Part shown: positions 26,173-41,700 of the stretch, piece after piece
How the letters are laid out: every line of letters starts with the position of its first letter
How positions within the stretch are numbered: the first letter of the stretch is position 1
Source of the DNA: Tubiluchus corallicola
Taxonomy: Eukaryota > Animalia > Priapulida
Length of the DNA: 64,000 nt
Assembly: GCA_030141605.1 (NCBI GenBank)
Contig: JAQGDQ010000063.1
Span: 186,001 to 250,000 of the forward strand
Direction: 5' to 3'
The notes under the pieces: model-generated
Told to the model about the DNA's origin: nothing
Databases searched by the model: none
What the model saw: the letters and a program-made list of their open reading frames with translations, nothing else
Position numbers and translations under genes: made by a program

Positions 26173-26998
26173 TTCACTGAGATACACTTCAAGTTAAACA
26201 CTGGATAACATAAAAGAAATTCTGACAACAGCTACTGATTATAAACGGTATCAACAAGATGGACATGTCATTTTCGCATACACAAGCGACGAATACACTA
26301 CTTGTAAAACCAAAACCTGAACATGCTACATAATAAGCAATATATTAACAGTTAATAAACATACTCAGTACAATACCTTGGGAAAAACTCATGTACAAAT
26401 TGGAAAAATTATGAAAATAGTTGTATACTAAAAGACAAAATTTACAATTGGGAGATGATTGAGTGACTAACTAAAAGCCCAGAGTACCACAAACGGTTTA
26501 CTAAACTACGAACAAGATCTTAACTTTTCTTAAAAATATATAATATTAATAATCATTGCCTATATTCACAAGCAAACTAAATTATACATTTACATACTGA
26601 ATGCACTTCAATGTTGTGCTATTGTATCACTCATAAAAATATGTCTAAGTTACAATAATTGCCTATCATTAACTAATGACTTTTGCCACGAGTAAGTAAC
26701 ACAGCTGGTAATCAATTCTTAGTATTGCACACTGAACAGCTTGAAACATTACAAATAACATCATTTGTACATATTTCTAATTTGTTCAAGAGCTGCAAGT
26801 TGCATTTTTTCATTTTTTCCTGTCAGTAACTCTTTTCTACAAACACAAATAATACTGCAATATTCTAGCTAGGATTGCCTTCTAATATTACTTATGATCA
26901 CATAATAACTTTCACAAATTTAGGTGAATTACAAACACAGTGATCACTGAAAATCAATCACCTTTCTAAAAGTGTTCAAATTGCACACTAACATCAAT

Positions 26999-29900
26999 CT
27001 ACTCGGTCGCATTGCCGTTCACCTCCGTTTGCTTTCTTGCGCGATCTCTTTTTGGTGGCACCACGATCGGCAGCATGAAGGCTGCCAAAAATGCCAATAT
27101 GTGCAAATAAAAATAGAAACATCTGGAAGAGATATAAACTGCTTTAAGCAAAAATGAGCAATCAAAAAAATAGTAATGATGAAGATGATGATAATAATGA
27201 TGTATTTATTTATAAAGCGCTCTTTCAATAAAAACAAATTCAAAGGCACTGTAAAATTAAAAATATACAGATAAAATACTAACTATAAAACAATTAGACC
27301 TATCTATAAATCATAAATAATCTACAAAATATTCACCACTTATATACCACTTAAAAAGACGAGTTTTCAGTTTTTTAAAGGAATTTAAAGAGCATTCTCT
27401 AATTTTAATTGGTAGCTTATTCCAGCACTTTGTCACGATGCTAGAAAATCCTAACTTTCTTTTTATTAAAGCAAAGACTTTCTTTTTATTAAAAGGTACA
27501 AGAAAAACAAGCTGTAAAGAGGTAAAAGAAAAAGAGACACACTGTGACAAAAACGGGGAAATAGACTTTTTGTAGGAAAAAAGTCATCTGAAAAACTGTT
27601 GTTGTCTGAAAAATGTTACATAGTTGCACAGTGGACTCTGCTGAATGCTAAATGAACACTACAACCAAGTTTTTATAATTTAATTTACCTGTAAATCTGA
27701 AGAGAGGGCCAGAACTGTAGTAGTACAAAGGGAAAAGTAGCATAAGCCATTGTGAGACGGCACCAAGAAAATGTTAACACATGATACAGCAACATTGTGT
27801 ACTTTGACCTTTGAAAATACGGCCGGACACTTCTACGCACCTGCAAATACATTACATACTTATTAACTGGAGTTTAATATTACAACCGGTTATAACATGT
27901 TCAGTGTTGATAAACTTTCATGTCTTAATATTTATGTTTCTAGAAAAATAACCTGAAATTACATTCAATCAAAATAGATGTTGAGTAGTTACTATTCTAT
28001 TGTGAATTTATTTACAATATCTTACAGCTCCTATTAATTTATCAACTGCTTGTACGTGTGAAGTCTTCTTCTTCTTCAGTTGCTCTAAACATGTTTTGTA
28101 GACATTAAGCCTCTATCCTTTATTAGAGCACCCCATTGTTTCATGCCTGCAGCTAAAATTTTCAACTCCTGTTGTTAGGTTTGGTCTCAGCTTTTCTAAA
28201 TCTTTATTAATTCTTGATGTCTAAGTTGTTTTTGGTTTGCCTGGAGTTTGTTTAGTAGTTTTCATCACCTCGTTTAATGCTAATCTTACTGGTGTTGTTT
28301 CTGGCAATCTCATTAAAAGTCCTACCAATCATAATCTTCTGATTCTGATTTTAGTACTGTAATGTTCTTCTTTCATTCTGTTATACAGCTGTTCATTTGA
28401 AACGATATACATTTGAAATCGAGACAACAAAAAAACCACAGTACGCTTGCATTTTATGTTAGAAAATTCATTAAATACATACCGAACGGGCAGCCAATGT
28501 AATAATAGCTCCACTTCCAAACGTTAGGTAGTAGCCGGGATAGAAGCCATGCCAGTATGCAGACAGGACATAGGTAGCAAGTGTTTTAGAAAACGGAGCA
28601 CGATCATAAGCTACCATACGAAGCCATGTCATAGTTTGAGTATTCCAAGCTTGCAAGGCATCTCGAAAACTTAAACTGAACTAAAGAAGAAAAGACAACG
28701 CAATAAAAATAAATTAACTTCAAGTGTCAAAGACTAAATAGAAACTAAATTATCACTTCTTCACTTAAAATAATAAGTTAAACTGTGACATACCCGAGAA
28801 AGTGATATTGTTTTTAGTAACACAATCTGAACTCTAATCGGTAAACTCATGTTTATAACAGCATAACATAAACTGGTAGATGGAGTTAAAGTAGTTATAG
28901 TGAGGTAATCATTGAAGCTTTTCAGTACGATACACTTAATTGGTTATTATGAAGGATTATTTCATTGAGGAATTGTGCAAGGCAATTTAAATGAGTGATC
29001 TGGTGGAATCAGAAGTGAAGGTGGTACTGCTGCTAAACCTGGAACAATTTTGTAGATCATAATAAATCATTGACTCCTTCTGGGTATGATCTCTGTCAGT
29101 TTGGAAAGTTACATCATGTTTCTATGCTACCGTATTCTTCATAGTCGTTTAGTGTGAAACTCTTTGTATATCTATAGATCCCAAGCATGTGTTTATAAAC
29201 TGAGCATACCAGATCAAACTACTGTTATTCCATTTTATGCTTGAAGCAGGTAGACTTCTTTACAAAGTACAAATTACTTTACTTAAAAAACATTGCAGTA
29301 AATTTGACTCTGCTGACATACTGTGTTACTGAATCTATACAATGGTACTTGTATAAGCTTTTAAAGATGAGATAAAGTGATCAATTTACATTTATTTATT
29401 TTTCTATAGCATACCATTTATTTACATGTTCTTTACAATATATACAATATAAACATTGAACGCTAAAATTACATGAAATTATATAAACTATGTAAATTAG
29501 AAAACTTACTTCAAAGTCAAATATATGCACATTGGAAGTTAAGTCCCACTTTTCTCTACCAAATTTGTCGAAACCGTTAAAGCCCAAACCGCTAGCATTG
29601 CACACAACATCAGCTGTAATCAAATAGGTGGTTATGAATTAGTCTGGTATTTGTTAAAGATGATTATGTAACAATACAGCATTTTGTCACAAAAAGTGCT
29701 GCATTATACAACAAATCACAAAATTCGCCATTGTGGTTGCCATAATTTTTCGCATATACTACAGTCAACATGTAACACAAAATGACAAACTATGTAACAA
29801 GCTAAAAGCTAATGTAAAATTGCTCATGGTTTATGATGGGCCTTGTCATACTGTGAGCAGGACAGTGTTTATTATTTGACTCGTGACTAATTATCACGAC

Positions 29901-32900
29901 TAAGCCAGGTCCGTGTCTGTGATTTACTTATGTTGAAGTGAGTAACTTATTGTGATTTTCACATTTTGTCCCATATCTCGGGCCTCTTAAACAAATCTCG
30001 CCAGTGTAACCATACCATTGTCTGAGCCCTTATGCAAGCCATCTAACATACAAATTTCATGGTTCTAGGTACTTCTTGAGAGTTCTACAATTTTAGGATT
30101 ATTCAACGTTATGACTTGATATCTCACAAAACAAAAAATGAGAATATGGGTTCTGTCAGAATCCACTGTTTACAGATTAAAATCACCTTAGATAGAAAGG
30201 ATATAAAATAATAACAGATATATATACTTACACATGGTCCAAGCAAAGTAATATCTGAACCTGGTAACACTTGTCGCTGCTATAATGTAAGCTGTTTTCG
30301 CCAGGAAACCAGTATTGTATACAAAATCGACATCTACAGTAATAAATGAATAAGTTAAACAAGTATCTATGGCATAAATTGCAAAGAATGTTCAAGTGAG
30401 TAAACTGGAAACTACATATCAGAAGTTTCTCACTACGAACACATACGTTTGTGATTGGTAGTCAAATTCTGACGAAGATAAATATGAATTGTGAAATTGT
30501 AATGATTAATAAGGTATTGATAAAAATATTCAGAGCAGTGGTAATCTAGCTACATTATCATTATTGAAGAATTTAAATTTCAAAAATGATCTTGGACATC
30601 TAATAAAAATGAGTTTATGACATGGTTTCGATTTGTGAATTTCGTTATGCCCAGTATCTAGTAGTGATGTAGAATAGTAGTAACAATGACAATAATAGTA
30701 ATTAGGATAGTAATGAATTGCTGTCAGCACTAGAACGAAAAAATATAATCAAATGTGAAATAATGAGATATTAAGTGTGAAATGAAAATACGATGATTAT
30801 CATTAGAAAATGAATTAAAAACAAAAGGTATGAAAAGTGAATTACACTATATACAGATATGCAGTGTACACTGTACAGGTTATACTTACCTAAGAGACGT
30901 TCAATAGGAAAGAGAGGCACTATTCTTAAATTAACAAAGACTAGACAAGCTACAAGTAAGAGTTTCATCAGAACTGCTTCCTGTAAATAATATAAGTGGT
31001 TGATAAGTTACAAGAACTCTTACGAATAAATGAAGGATATTCAACAAAATGCATATAATAAATAAAACGTATGAAAAAGTGATGCAGCACTACATTAAAC
31101 CCACAATGAAAACAGCAAACAGTGTATAAACAGAGATCAATAAAACAGACAATCACTGTATAATATTGAAATATTGTGTAAGATGTTTTGCAGACTCACC
31201 TAATACAAATCAACTAGTCAGCTGAAGAAAACAAGCACAAGAATTCACATGCAAGACAATCATTTTCTGTTATTTTACTCTTGTTTATAATATTGGTCAT
31301 TTTAACTAATTTTGAAGCTCAAACATTAAAACATTGTGCACTAACTACCAATGTATATGTTTTACACTGTTGTGCTCAAATTAAAAAAATAGCAACTGCG
31401 CACCAAATATTCTGTATCTTATAATAATTAAAAATTCAAGTTACTTACTGTTGGAGAAGGCTCATTTCTATAATGGACGTCTTTATTTACTGCTCCCTGC
31501 AAAACAAAGTACTAAAAGTGAACAACAAACAAACAAAACATAAAAAACTGGAATTTATGAAGCTGAAATGTAAAATAGTTCAAACGTATTTATAAAAAGG
31601 CTAGTTTAATATTCTTTGTGTTTTAATACTGTACCAGCCAAATCCTGCAAAAGAATTTTGCACATAAACTCACAACAACAATCCACGCCACACCACTCAA
31701 AATACACCACACCACCCACACCATACCACAACACGACACCACCCACACCATAGCACGCCACACTACACAACCGCCCACCACCCCACTCACACCACATCAC
31801 ACCATACCATACCACAACACCACACCACCCACAACAAACCACACCCACCACACTACACGAACACTGCCCACACCACGCTGCCTACACCCTACCAGATTAT
31901 ACACACCACATCACCCACACCACACCACTCAGATCTCACTAAACCACACCCCTCACACCACTCCACCAACCCACACACAACCAACCACCCCAGCACACCA
32001 TCCATAGCACAACACCCACAGCACAACACCCACACCACACCACTCAGACCTCGCTAAACCACACCTATCACACCACTCCACCAACCCACACACAACCAAC
32101 CACACCATCCACAGCACAACACCCACAGCACAACACCACCACCACACCACACAACACCCACCACATCACACGGTGATTATGATGTTCATGGCGATAATGA
32201 TGATGACGCCAACGATGATGACACTTACAGCACCAGCACCACAGCACAGTATTACAGCGAAACCATTCAGAACATTTTGCACAATGGTGAAACTGTGTGC
32301 TACAAAAAATGCTCTTAGTCTGCCTACCAATGATCAATAATGTACGGACATTCCACATAGTTTTGTTTGCTGCTTCTCAAATGATAATAGGCTAGCACAA
32401 CTTACATGTAAAATCTACAACACAGTAGAATGGCAGGTGACAATAATGCCTGGAACAGCCGCGAAATTTATCAAACTCAAAGACAGTGGATGTCCCAAAT
32501 AGCGTGCAGCTTAGGGGGGTTGAAAAGAACTTTGAAATACAACCTTCCCGTTTCGTTTAGTGGACTTCTCTCCTAGTAAAACCTTCAACATTTTGTAGAT
32601 CATTTCGTACTCTTTCTGTGAGTTATTTCTGCTTATTTTTTCTCAACACGCCCAAACAGTGGCACAAATTGACTTTTTCTAGAAGCTGTTTGAGCAATTT
32701 TCAGCAAAATTTGTGTGACTGAGTCCGGGGAAAATGCCCATAGCAAGTATTAGTGGATATCCCGTGAAATCTAAATATGACTATTACACCCACCATTGAA
32801 TGGGCTATTCAACCATTACCAGCACCGCCCTCGGCAGGTTCCTGTTCTCTAGAAATAAGAGGTATAAGTTTTGCAATTTTTTGCGAAAAACGGTCAAAAA

Positions 32901-35900
32901 GGGCATTCTTTGGAGGTTTTTTGCCCCACCTGTTCCTACCGGTGGGTCCGATTCGAAAAATTAACGCCCAGGTGTGAACCCTTGGGTGGAGACCTTTCAT
33001 TTGACGTATAGATCGCCGAGAATGGTGCAGTCGTCGGAGCTGTAGCCTTGTTGGTTATATATCTAATGATAATCCTAATTCTAATGCCATTATGATGATA
33101 CAATTTGTTAAAACAATAGTTCTACAATAGAGCAACATGTGCAAGATGGGCGATAAAGGTAAGACCACAGAAGAAAGTTTGGAGAAACTTAGATGGCACA
33201 TTTCTGTCGTACTCCATTCAACTTTCTGCATTCCAGGCACAAGAAAATGACAAAAGCTAGCTTAAGCATTTCAATTCATTAGATCACAAGGAGAAGAAAC
33301 AATGATGCACCAATATCAAAGCAATATTAAAGTTTCAATAATAACACTATTATGTAGTATGCACTAAACCGCAAAATATTTTCTTTGAACTACAGTTATG
33401 ATACGTTAAGAAAGTTCATAAAAGTAATTCAGTAAGTAAAGTAAAGTAAAGTAATTCATAAAGTAAATGCTTTAAATTAACTTACATTTTTCTCAATATT
33501 ATGGACGTATCGACCATGTATAAAGTCCATGTAATCTGAGTATAGGATCCCCGGTCCAGCCAGGATAGTTTGAAAGTGAAACAGATAACTAAGAAATTCT
33601 AGCACACTCGGTAATTTCCTGTTAAAATAAATTTAAAAAAAATTACATATGCCAGATACCATAAATAAACTCCCAAGCAAGTTGTCTTGGGAGAGATGCT
33701 CTGCTTTAGTTTTCTTGATCATTCTATTGCACCAGGCTGGGTTTACACATTGAGGAATAGCAGCCAAAATGCAAATCCTGGTTCTTCATGATGAGTGTGG
33801 AATCTGGTGGTGTAGCGGTGTCCAGCTTGGATGGGGTGTGCAGCTTTAATGAGTTTGTGTTGTTTGGGTTTGTAAAAAAAATATAGCAATGCTTAGCAAT
33901 ATACTAAGTTAATTGAGATCCGTGTTATATCTTTATCTTCCAACTGAATCATGGTACCTTAAACTATTATAATAATTGTATTCAACAAATAACTAAATGC
34001 CTAATGAAGTCAAGCATTGTAACAGAATATCATTATTAAAAGCTAGATATTTGTATTACTACTACAACAATTATCAATAGTTACACATCTGTAAACATAT
34101 AAGTAAACCTTTAAATTGTTTGTTATAGCCAGCAAATGTTTTCTGCACTTATGGCGCGTTCAGACTAGAGAATTTCTCTCGTAAGTTATTCTGCAAGTTC
34201 TCTCTGAGAGTAAACTTGCAAATGTGAACGGCTTTGCAAGATATCTCGCAAGTTCTTTTTGAGAGTAAACTTACACAAGAACTCTCAGCAACTCATGGTG
34301 AGTTTGTAATAACTTGTGAAGAGAACTTGCAAAGCTGGTCACACTTGCGTGTTTACTCTCAGAGAGAACTTGCGTGAGAGCTTACGACAGACGCGCCATT
34401 TAATTACATTCCAGACTAACCTATCAGTATGATGCCTCCAGCATAAGTGCTGATGAGAAATGACTGCCAACAATTTTAAGCACACGGATACAATCAAGAG
34501 ATACAGCTTAACCTGCTTTCAAATCTAATATTAAGATGAATAATAAAAAAATGAATAATGTTAAAAACTTTCTTTTCACATGAGCCAAATAAGAGACTGG
34601 AATCTCTTAAGATATCATTTGTAATTTTGCACAAATGCTAAACTAATGACCGCCTTCCCGCAATGATATTTTCATGGTAAAACTGAATTTCTCCAAATGC
34701 ATTTAAATTTTCATTCCAGTTTTGTATCTTATCAGTGGTGACTTTTAATATCAGAATGTTAACTAGTGGACATGACAAACAACAAAGATAAACTACAAAT
34801 GAACACTAAGCAGACCTCACTGCACGTTGTTTTTGATCCTGAGTAAGTTGTTCTTCTTTGACACTCATACCGTCATGGTAACTAAATGCTAACGATGTCG
34901 ACTTCTGTGTCATAATCATGAATGGACTGCAAAAACAAAAATTGTATATAGAAAATTCTTTTCACATAAAGGGTGATTTAAGTCTCTCATCAACCAAAAA
35001 CGTTCATCTTGTGACAAACACCTACTCAGTAGGTGAGATTTTTTTAGTCTATGTTCAAGTTTTGCACTGCTTTTTTTCCAACCACAAACTGATTCTAGAG
35101 CATACATGTAAAATAATTCCATGGCTAGAAAATAGCAAGTTATATAGGTGAGAATTTTAAAATCACTTCAGTAGACTTATGAAGCCAAGTTTGATGCCAC
35201 TAAAATTCTCGTTAATTGTACACTTAGCAACCAATTGTGATTTGGTTTTGTTGTCACTGATATGAACTTTTAACAAATTTTAATAACACTGAAGAACTTT
35301 TCAAACACTCAATTTCAAAATCCAGACAAGAATCCAAACGATATGTTTAAGAAGCATGTTTGGAAATCAACATCAAAAGAAATAACAGGCAAGTTTTGTC
35401 ATTGATCTGTTTATCAGTAGAAGTGACAGATTCTTCCACACAAGACTAAATTTTTCTAGTGTTAAACTGTTCAAAGGGGAAGAAAAGTATGTCCCATAAA
35501 GCTTTTCATATAAATTATGTTACATACATCATGCTCACTTGCTTTGAAAGGCTTATGCAAGTAGAAAAAAATTCTCAGTAATATAAAATGTTTGCACCAA
35601 CTGGTAAAACATTGCTGACTCACCTTCCCAGTTTTTATCACTGACTCACCAAAAACATATTGTTAATCTTACTCATAAGATACAGCAATTTATGCTTTTT
35701 TGCTTTTATTAGTGAAGTGTAATCTACGAATGCTCTGATTATTTTTCAAACTTTACGCAATGTTATCTAAACTTGTTTCAAATGACCTACCGCCAATACG
35801 GTTGCACCTAACGGAGACAGCGATAGTTAAAATTTTCAAGTTTAATACAACGTTGCTGCTGATACAAGCTCAGTGCACAATAAGACAGTATGTATGTGAT

Positions 35901-38566
35901 ACAAAATTTCAAGACGAATATTTATAGCTTTATGTAAGTAATGGGTATTCGTGTGCTTCAACAATAAAATGAAGTATCAACACTTAAATCATATTTATAA
36001 CATACCCTGTAATGTCGAGTGTGTAGGTACCATAGCCGTGCTGCAAACGTAAATAGTGTAGTACTCCTAAATGAGCCATTGAATAAATAAACACAATTCT
36101 AAAAAAACAAAAATAACTAAAATAGCAGTGATATAATAATTATAGTGCTTTTGCAGACATAATGCAGACAGAAACTAAATTGTGCTGAGGTATAGCAGTA
36201 CATGAAATTAACTGGCAGTGCAAAAACTGCAGATGATTTTTTTAAGCCCAACCATAACTGCTAAACAAAATTTTGAATAATTATTATTAAAAATGAGTAA
36301 CATTTATATGAATCCGTATTCTAGGCCTTAAATTGTATTTATTGTGTTTTTAGTATCATTACATTCCAAGCTGAGCTAACAGACCTTTGCATTAACTAGT
36401 CATTAATACATTAATACATACCTGGCTAAGAACAAAAAATATGGTTCCTACGGGAAAATTTAAAAGTTACTTCTGTACCAAAGTAAAACTCTTTACTGAC
36501 AATCACCTGATCAAAAAACACAACAGTACGCTATTTCGATGATATCACAATAGCAGGAAGTTAATTACAATTTAAGAATAACCAATTTTATTACTTGTGT
36601 GCAAAACAAAGGTGCCTACAAGTCAGTTAAAACTACTTGGTTACGATGCTTCAAAGTAGAATGCGTCAAAAATTGGGGTGGCATATCAGTTTTTCGTTTT
36701 ATACAAAAACAGATGCTAAATATATTTGAAGTTCAAAATCTAGCTTCAACTTTCCAGTAAAAAGTTTTAAAAATGCTAAAAAAATATTTTTATAGCCTGT
36801 TCTCCTCTTCTCAGCCTAAAGAGTTAGTATTGCTATTGCAGAAAACTCCTGTTTTCAAAATCCCGATAGTAGCTAGTAGAAGCCATTTTGCTTGCTCCTT
36901 CTGTGTAATTGTCAAGCCCAGATATTCACTTGAAATAGCCATCTACTGGATTGACATGTAATTTCAAAGTGATTTTAGCCCACAGAAGCCACTTTTTCAT
37001 ACAGTTGCTAAGGTGTTTTTGTTGTTGAGGATAAAAAACAATGGCAACTTTTAATAGCAATTTTCTAAAGACTAAATTTTTCAGTGTGCAGTTTGCGTCT
37101 CAACTTCAACGTAGATTATCTCAGATTAGAAATGACCTAAGAGAGATGAACTTGGCACCAAGTGATCCTCACGAAATCGAGATTTAAGGCTGGTGAGTAA
37201 TTAAAAAAGCACAGCTGACAGCTTGTGGATGATTTTGCTGTGTAAGCACATATTTTTTACAATGTAAGAAGCGCCCAGGGTAGCTACCTTAAGTCATCAG
37301 CAATTAAATTAATTACTATTTTCTTCAACTTTGAGAGTCCTGATATAAATATTGTCTGTACTAACAAATTTTATCAATTGAACTTTATTCAGTAATGACA
37401 TGGTAGCGTAGAGCTTAAAAGTGCACCTTTGAGAATAGCGAGGACTCAGCCATAGTAGCAGCAAGTAGCAAATTGTCGCCAATATAACAGTGTGCCATAT
37501 GTGTCTGCAAAAAAAGAAAAATTAAAATTATAGAACACATATGTATATATAAGGTATATTCTGACCACATGATTGAACAGTCTCATTTTCTCATAGCAAT
37601 TAACACAAAAATTGTAAAAGCAAATGCAAAGTACAAGTAAAAGTAATGCATTATGGGTGCAATGTTGATGGTAATACATTACTGTGCCATTACCTTAACA
37701 GCAAACCTTGAGTATACTGACAATAATGACATAAAACAGCCAAATAGGTACACAGTTTTGACTAGTACAGCAGCACTATTAAAAGTTTATGTAAACATTT
37801 GCATACGTATATATATATATACATACATAAATAGTCATAGTTAATTCCTAGTTTCACACGTATTTATATCGACAGAATAATTTTAAGTATAATGATATCA
37901 CAGCTGTCAAACTAATAGAAAAGTACAAGTTTTTTTAATAAAAATGCTTTACTTAACTTATACTTTTAATGGGTTTCCTTGTGTTGACCACATTGTCATA
38001 AATACATTGACACGTCGTTAAACACTTGGAAAAATTGTTAACATTTATGGATTAGATGTTTTTCAGTTTTTTGTAGATGGCTAGTACAGTGAAGTAATAC
38101 CATATATGGAAATTTTGCTGTGCCAGTAAATTCTGTGTAATTCACATTCAATCTTTGTTATGCCAGAACAAACTTACAAGTATGTCACACTTTAAACTTG
38201 AAGACAACCAAATATAAAACATACTCCATGCTGTGAAGGTTGTATAGCTTTATCTACAGTAAACATACAGGTTAGCTACATGTATACTTTACAGGACAAG
38301 TTAATGAACATATACTTACATTCCCCAACACATTAGTCCAAGAGTGACGCCAATGACAGTGCAAGCGACATGTCGAACATGTGACGATACGCGACTTGGA
38401 TGGAAAACATACCTGATGATAAATGAGAAGAAGAAGGAAGCTACCAAGCCAAAGACAAAGTTTGTCTGCAAAAGGAAACAAAAGCGCTAAAGTGATGAGC
38501 AATGACTGTATTAGTTTGAACTGACAAACAGGCTTTAAATAATAATAATAATAATAGTAATAATAA

Positions 38567-38646
<80 letters not shown>

Positions 38647-38663
38647 ATAATAGTCGTAGTAGT

Positions 38664-38740
<77 letters not shown>

Positions 38741-41700
38741 CAGCAGTAGTAGTAGTAATAACAACAATTATTATTATTTTACTAATAATAATAAAAAATT
38801 TGTTTAACATAATAATCCCAAACATAACAAGGGATTAAATTAGGACTGTACGAAGGGTGGTGATCACGAAAGCATCAGAAATCTTGCTACATGTTTGTAG
38901 CTTTAAAATAGACTTAAGCCATACGTATATTGACTGATAGAATCACAATAAATTATACTGCTGCAATGTTTTCTGTCAGTTTTCATACTCTACAGATGGA
39001 AATTGCAAAAATAAATTTCTTCCACATCCCTAATGCTTTCCATGCTGTGTTACATTATATCATGCTATGTTATTATTTTCTGTACTAGTGCTCCATGTCA
39101 CTTTCTGTTGTCATATGATACAGTGTGTTATTTTATTTTACATTACAGCATGCTACATAGAGTTACATTCTGTTTTCCTATGTTATCAGTATGTCATGTT
39201 TTAGCTTACATTTTATCACAAGTACAAAATTCAGTGACATAAAAACTTCTGCATAACGAGTATGGCAAATTCCATATATTATATTAAATATATTACAAAT
39301 TAATGCATATATTATATATAATATAAAGAACTGCTGTGACTGCAAGCTTTACGCCAGTAATAGTAAGATAGTACGGATACAGTATGTACTTATATGTGCA
39401 CATTATATAGCTATAATGGCTGCCATTGTGTGTACTGTGGTACAGCCAAGATTTTATCAAGTACTAGGATTATAAGTAGGCTTCTAATATTTTGTTAGCA
39501 TCAGGATTAATCAATTCACTGCACTATATAAAAAATGCAAAGGTTGAGTAAATACACAAATTGGTGACTGGCACAAATTCAAGCTCCTCTCACAAACATC
39601 TCGTTTGCTGACAGCCACTACCATACAAAATAAGTACAAACACACAAGGAAAACACGAAAAATAGGAGGACGTTTAGTCATAATTTGCCACTTATTTAAG
39701 AAAAAGTATCACTGTTGCACCTGACCTTAAAAAATTGGCTAGCAAATCGATGAAAACAGAATTTAATAATTTCATTCAAGGATAGGCGCCTGATTTTGTG
39801 TGAAAGATTAAACATCATTATTGAATGAACAAGATGCTGTCACAGCTTCAATGAAAAACTCGACTGTCTGAATGTTGTAAAAGTAATTACATATCTCTTT
39901 ACCCATGTTGCATAAAATTAGTGTCTTGAGACCAAAGTTAAGCATGGAAAATTAAAACAATTTATTGTGCAACCTGAAGCCTTGAATGAAAGTCTTGCTT
40001 AGTAGTAAAACAACTTGTGTTTTAACTAATGAGAAGGTTGCATCAATTATATCTATTTATTATTATTATCATCATATTGTTCGAATAACATCACTTGTAC
40101 AGTAATATGTTTCGTATAATAAAAAATTTACATGTATAATACTTAATATTATGAGTAAATATCCACAAATAACAATAAAGGTTAGTGATTACAATATTCA
40201 CAGAGTACATACATGATTTACAAATTGTGTTAGTTCATAAAGAGAAAGAGGAACTTATAATATACAAAAATACATGATCAGTCTAAACAACTTATACATG
40301 TATAACCACTAACACAGGATTTCAAACAACCTAAGATACCCAGGAGAAACTTTGTAAATACAAGTTTACAAAGAATATTGTAGAATATTTAGAGGGCCCA
40401 CAATCAACCTTGTAGTTAATGCAATCAACCATAGACCTAATCCCATTTTATTCTGTGCAGTAGTATCTGGCAGCCACTTGCTGTGCATAAATCTGAAATC
40501 AGTATATTATACTGTTACACATTATACAATGTCAGATTCATAAAGCTGAAAAAACAAAAATCTAACTACCCTAATAATAACTGGTTTTTATTAATTTTGA
40601 AAAGACATAATTTCCATTGTTAAATACAACTATGTATTTCTATATGCCTGGGTGTTTTAATTTCACATACAAGTAATTGTACAATCGTGTGAAAAAGATG
40701 TATGGCAATATCAAAAACATTATGCACATTGATTCACTGGCCCTTAGATTTTGAGTCCCTAGGCTTCAGCCAGCCTAGCCCATAAGTAATCCCTACCACC
40801 ATGATAATCATAGCATACTAGAATATAGTGTAGAGGGGGTTTTACATTCACAAGCCGATTGTATTCAGTTTGCAGGTAACTGTGTATTTTGTATTATCTT
40901 GTGATGTCTAAAGATTTCAAATATTTTCGTTTAAATAAATTCGTCACGAGATTCAGGGACTGTAGCGAAACGCTTTTTCTCTACTTTTTCATATTATTTT
41001 ATCTTAACTATTCTCTGTTTTTCTATAATTGTTTCTCTTACTAATTAAGCAGTTTTTTCTCCACTTTTCAAAGTGGTCTTATAAGCTTTGCTTCTTGACC
41101 ACCATGCAGCATATATTTCCTGTTGATAAACTATTATGCAGTTAGTAACTATATTAATAATAGTTCTTTTACAATTATTGTAATCACAATTGATTAGATT
41201 TATAACAGTTATAATGTGATAATGTAATTATGCTGAAGTGGACAATAAATTACAATTACAAGTATAATTATATTGAGACGGGGTGGGGAAAGACTACGAT
41301 GGTCACTCAGCATCCACGCTTCTTTATAAAACATTAGTCATTACTATTTATTTAGTTAGTTTAAACATAATTCATTATAGGATTGGATCAGACAGTTTGA
41401 ACAACATGATTTAGGATCCTCACTACAACAGACTTTATACACTATTTACAAAAACATTTACAGCAAGAATAGACTATAACTACATAAGCTGACAAGTTTT
41501 ACTACAAGATTACATTAGACATTAGTAGAAAATGACGGTTAGAAAATATTAATGTACGAATATTTAAGACTAATGCATTTCATATCACATAGAAACTACT
41601 GGAAGCGCTTAGTACATAATATAAAGTCAAACATACATTGGAATATTTTACAGTTAGCAACATAGTTAAATTCATCTTTTCCAAATAATAACAACTTCAA

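Noticed and set aside
30465-30505. CTGACGA...GAAA hammerhead-like core (also CTGATGA on minus at ~15821)
   Set aside because: Stem II is incomplete and there is no convincing stem I/III or cleavage triplet.
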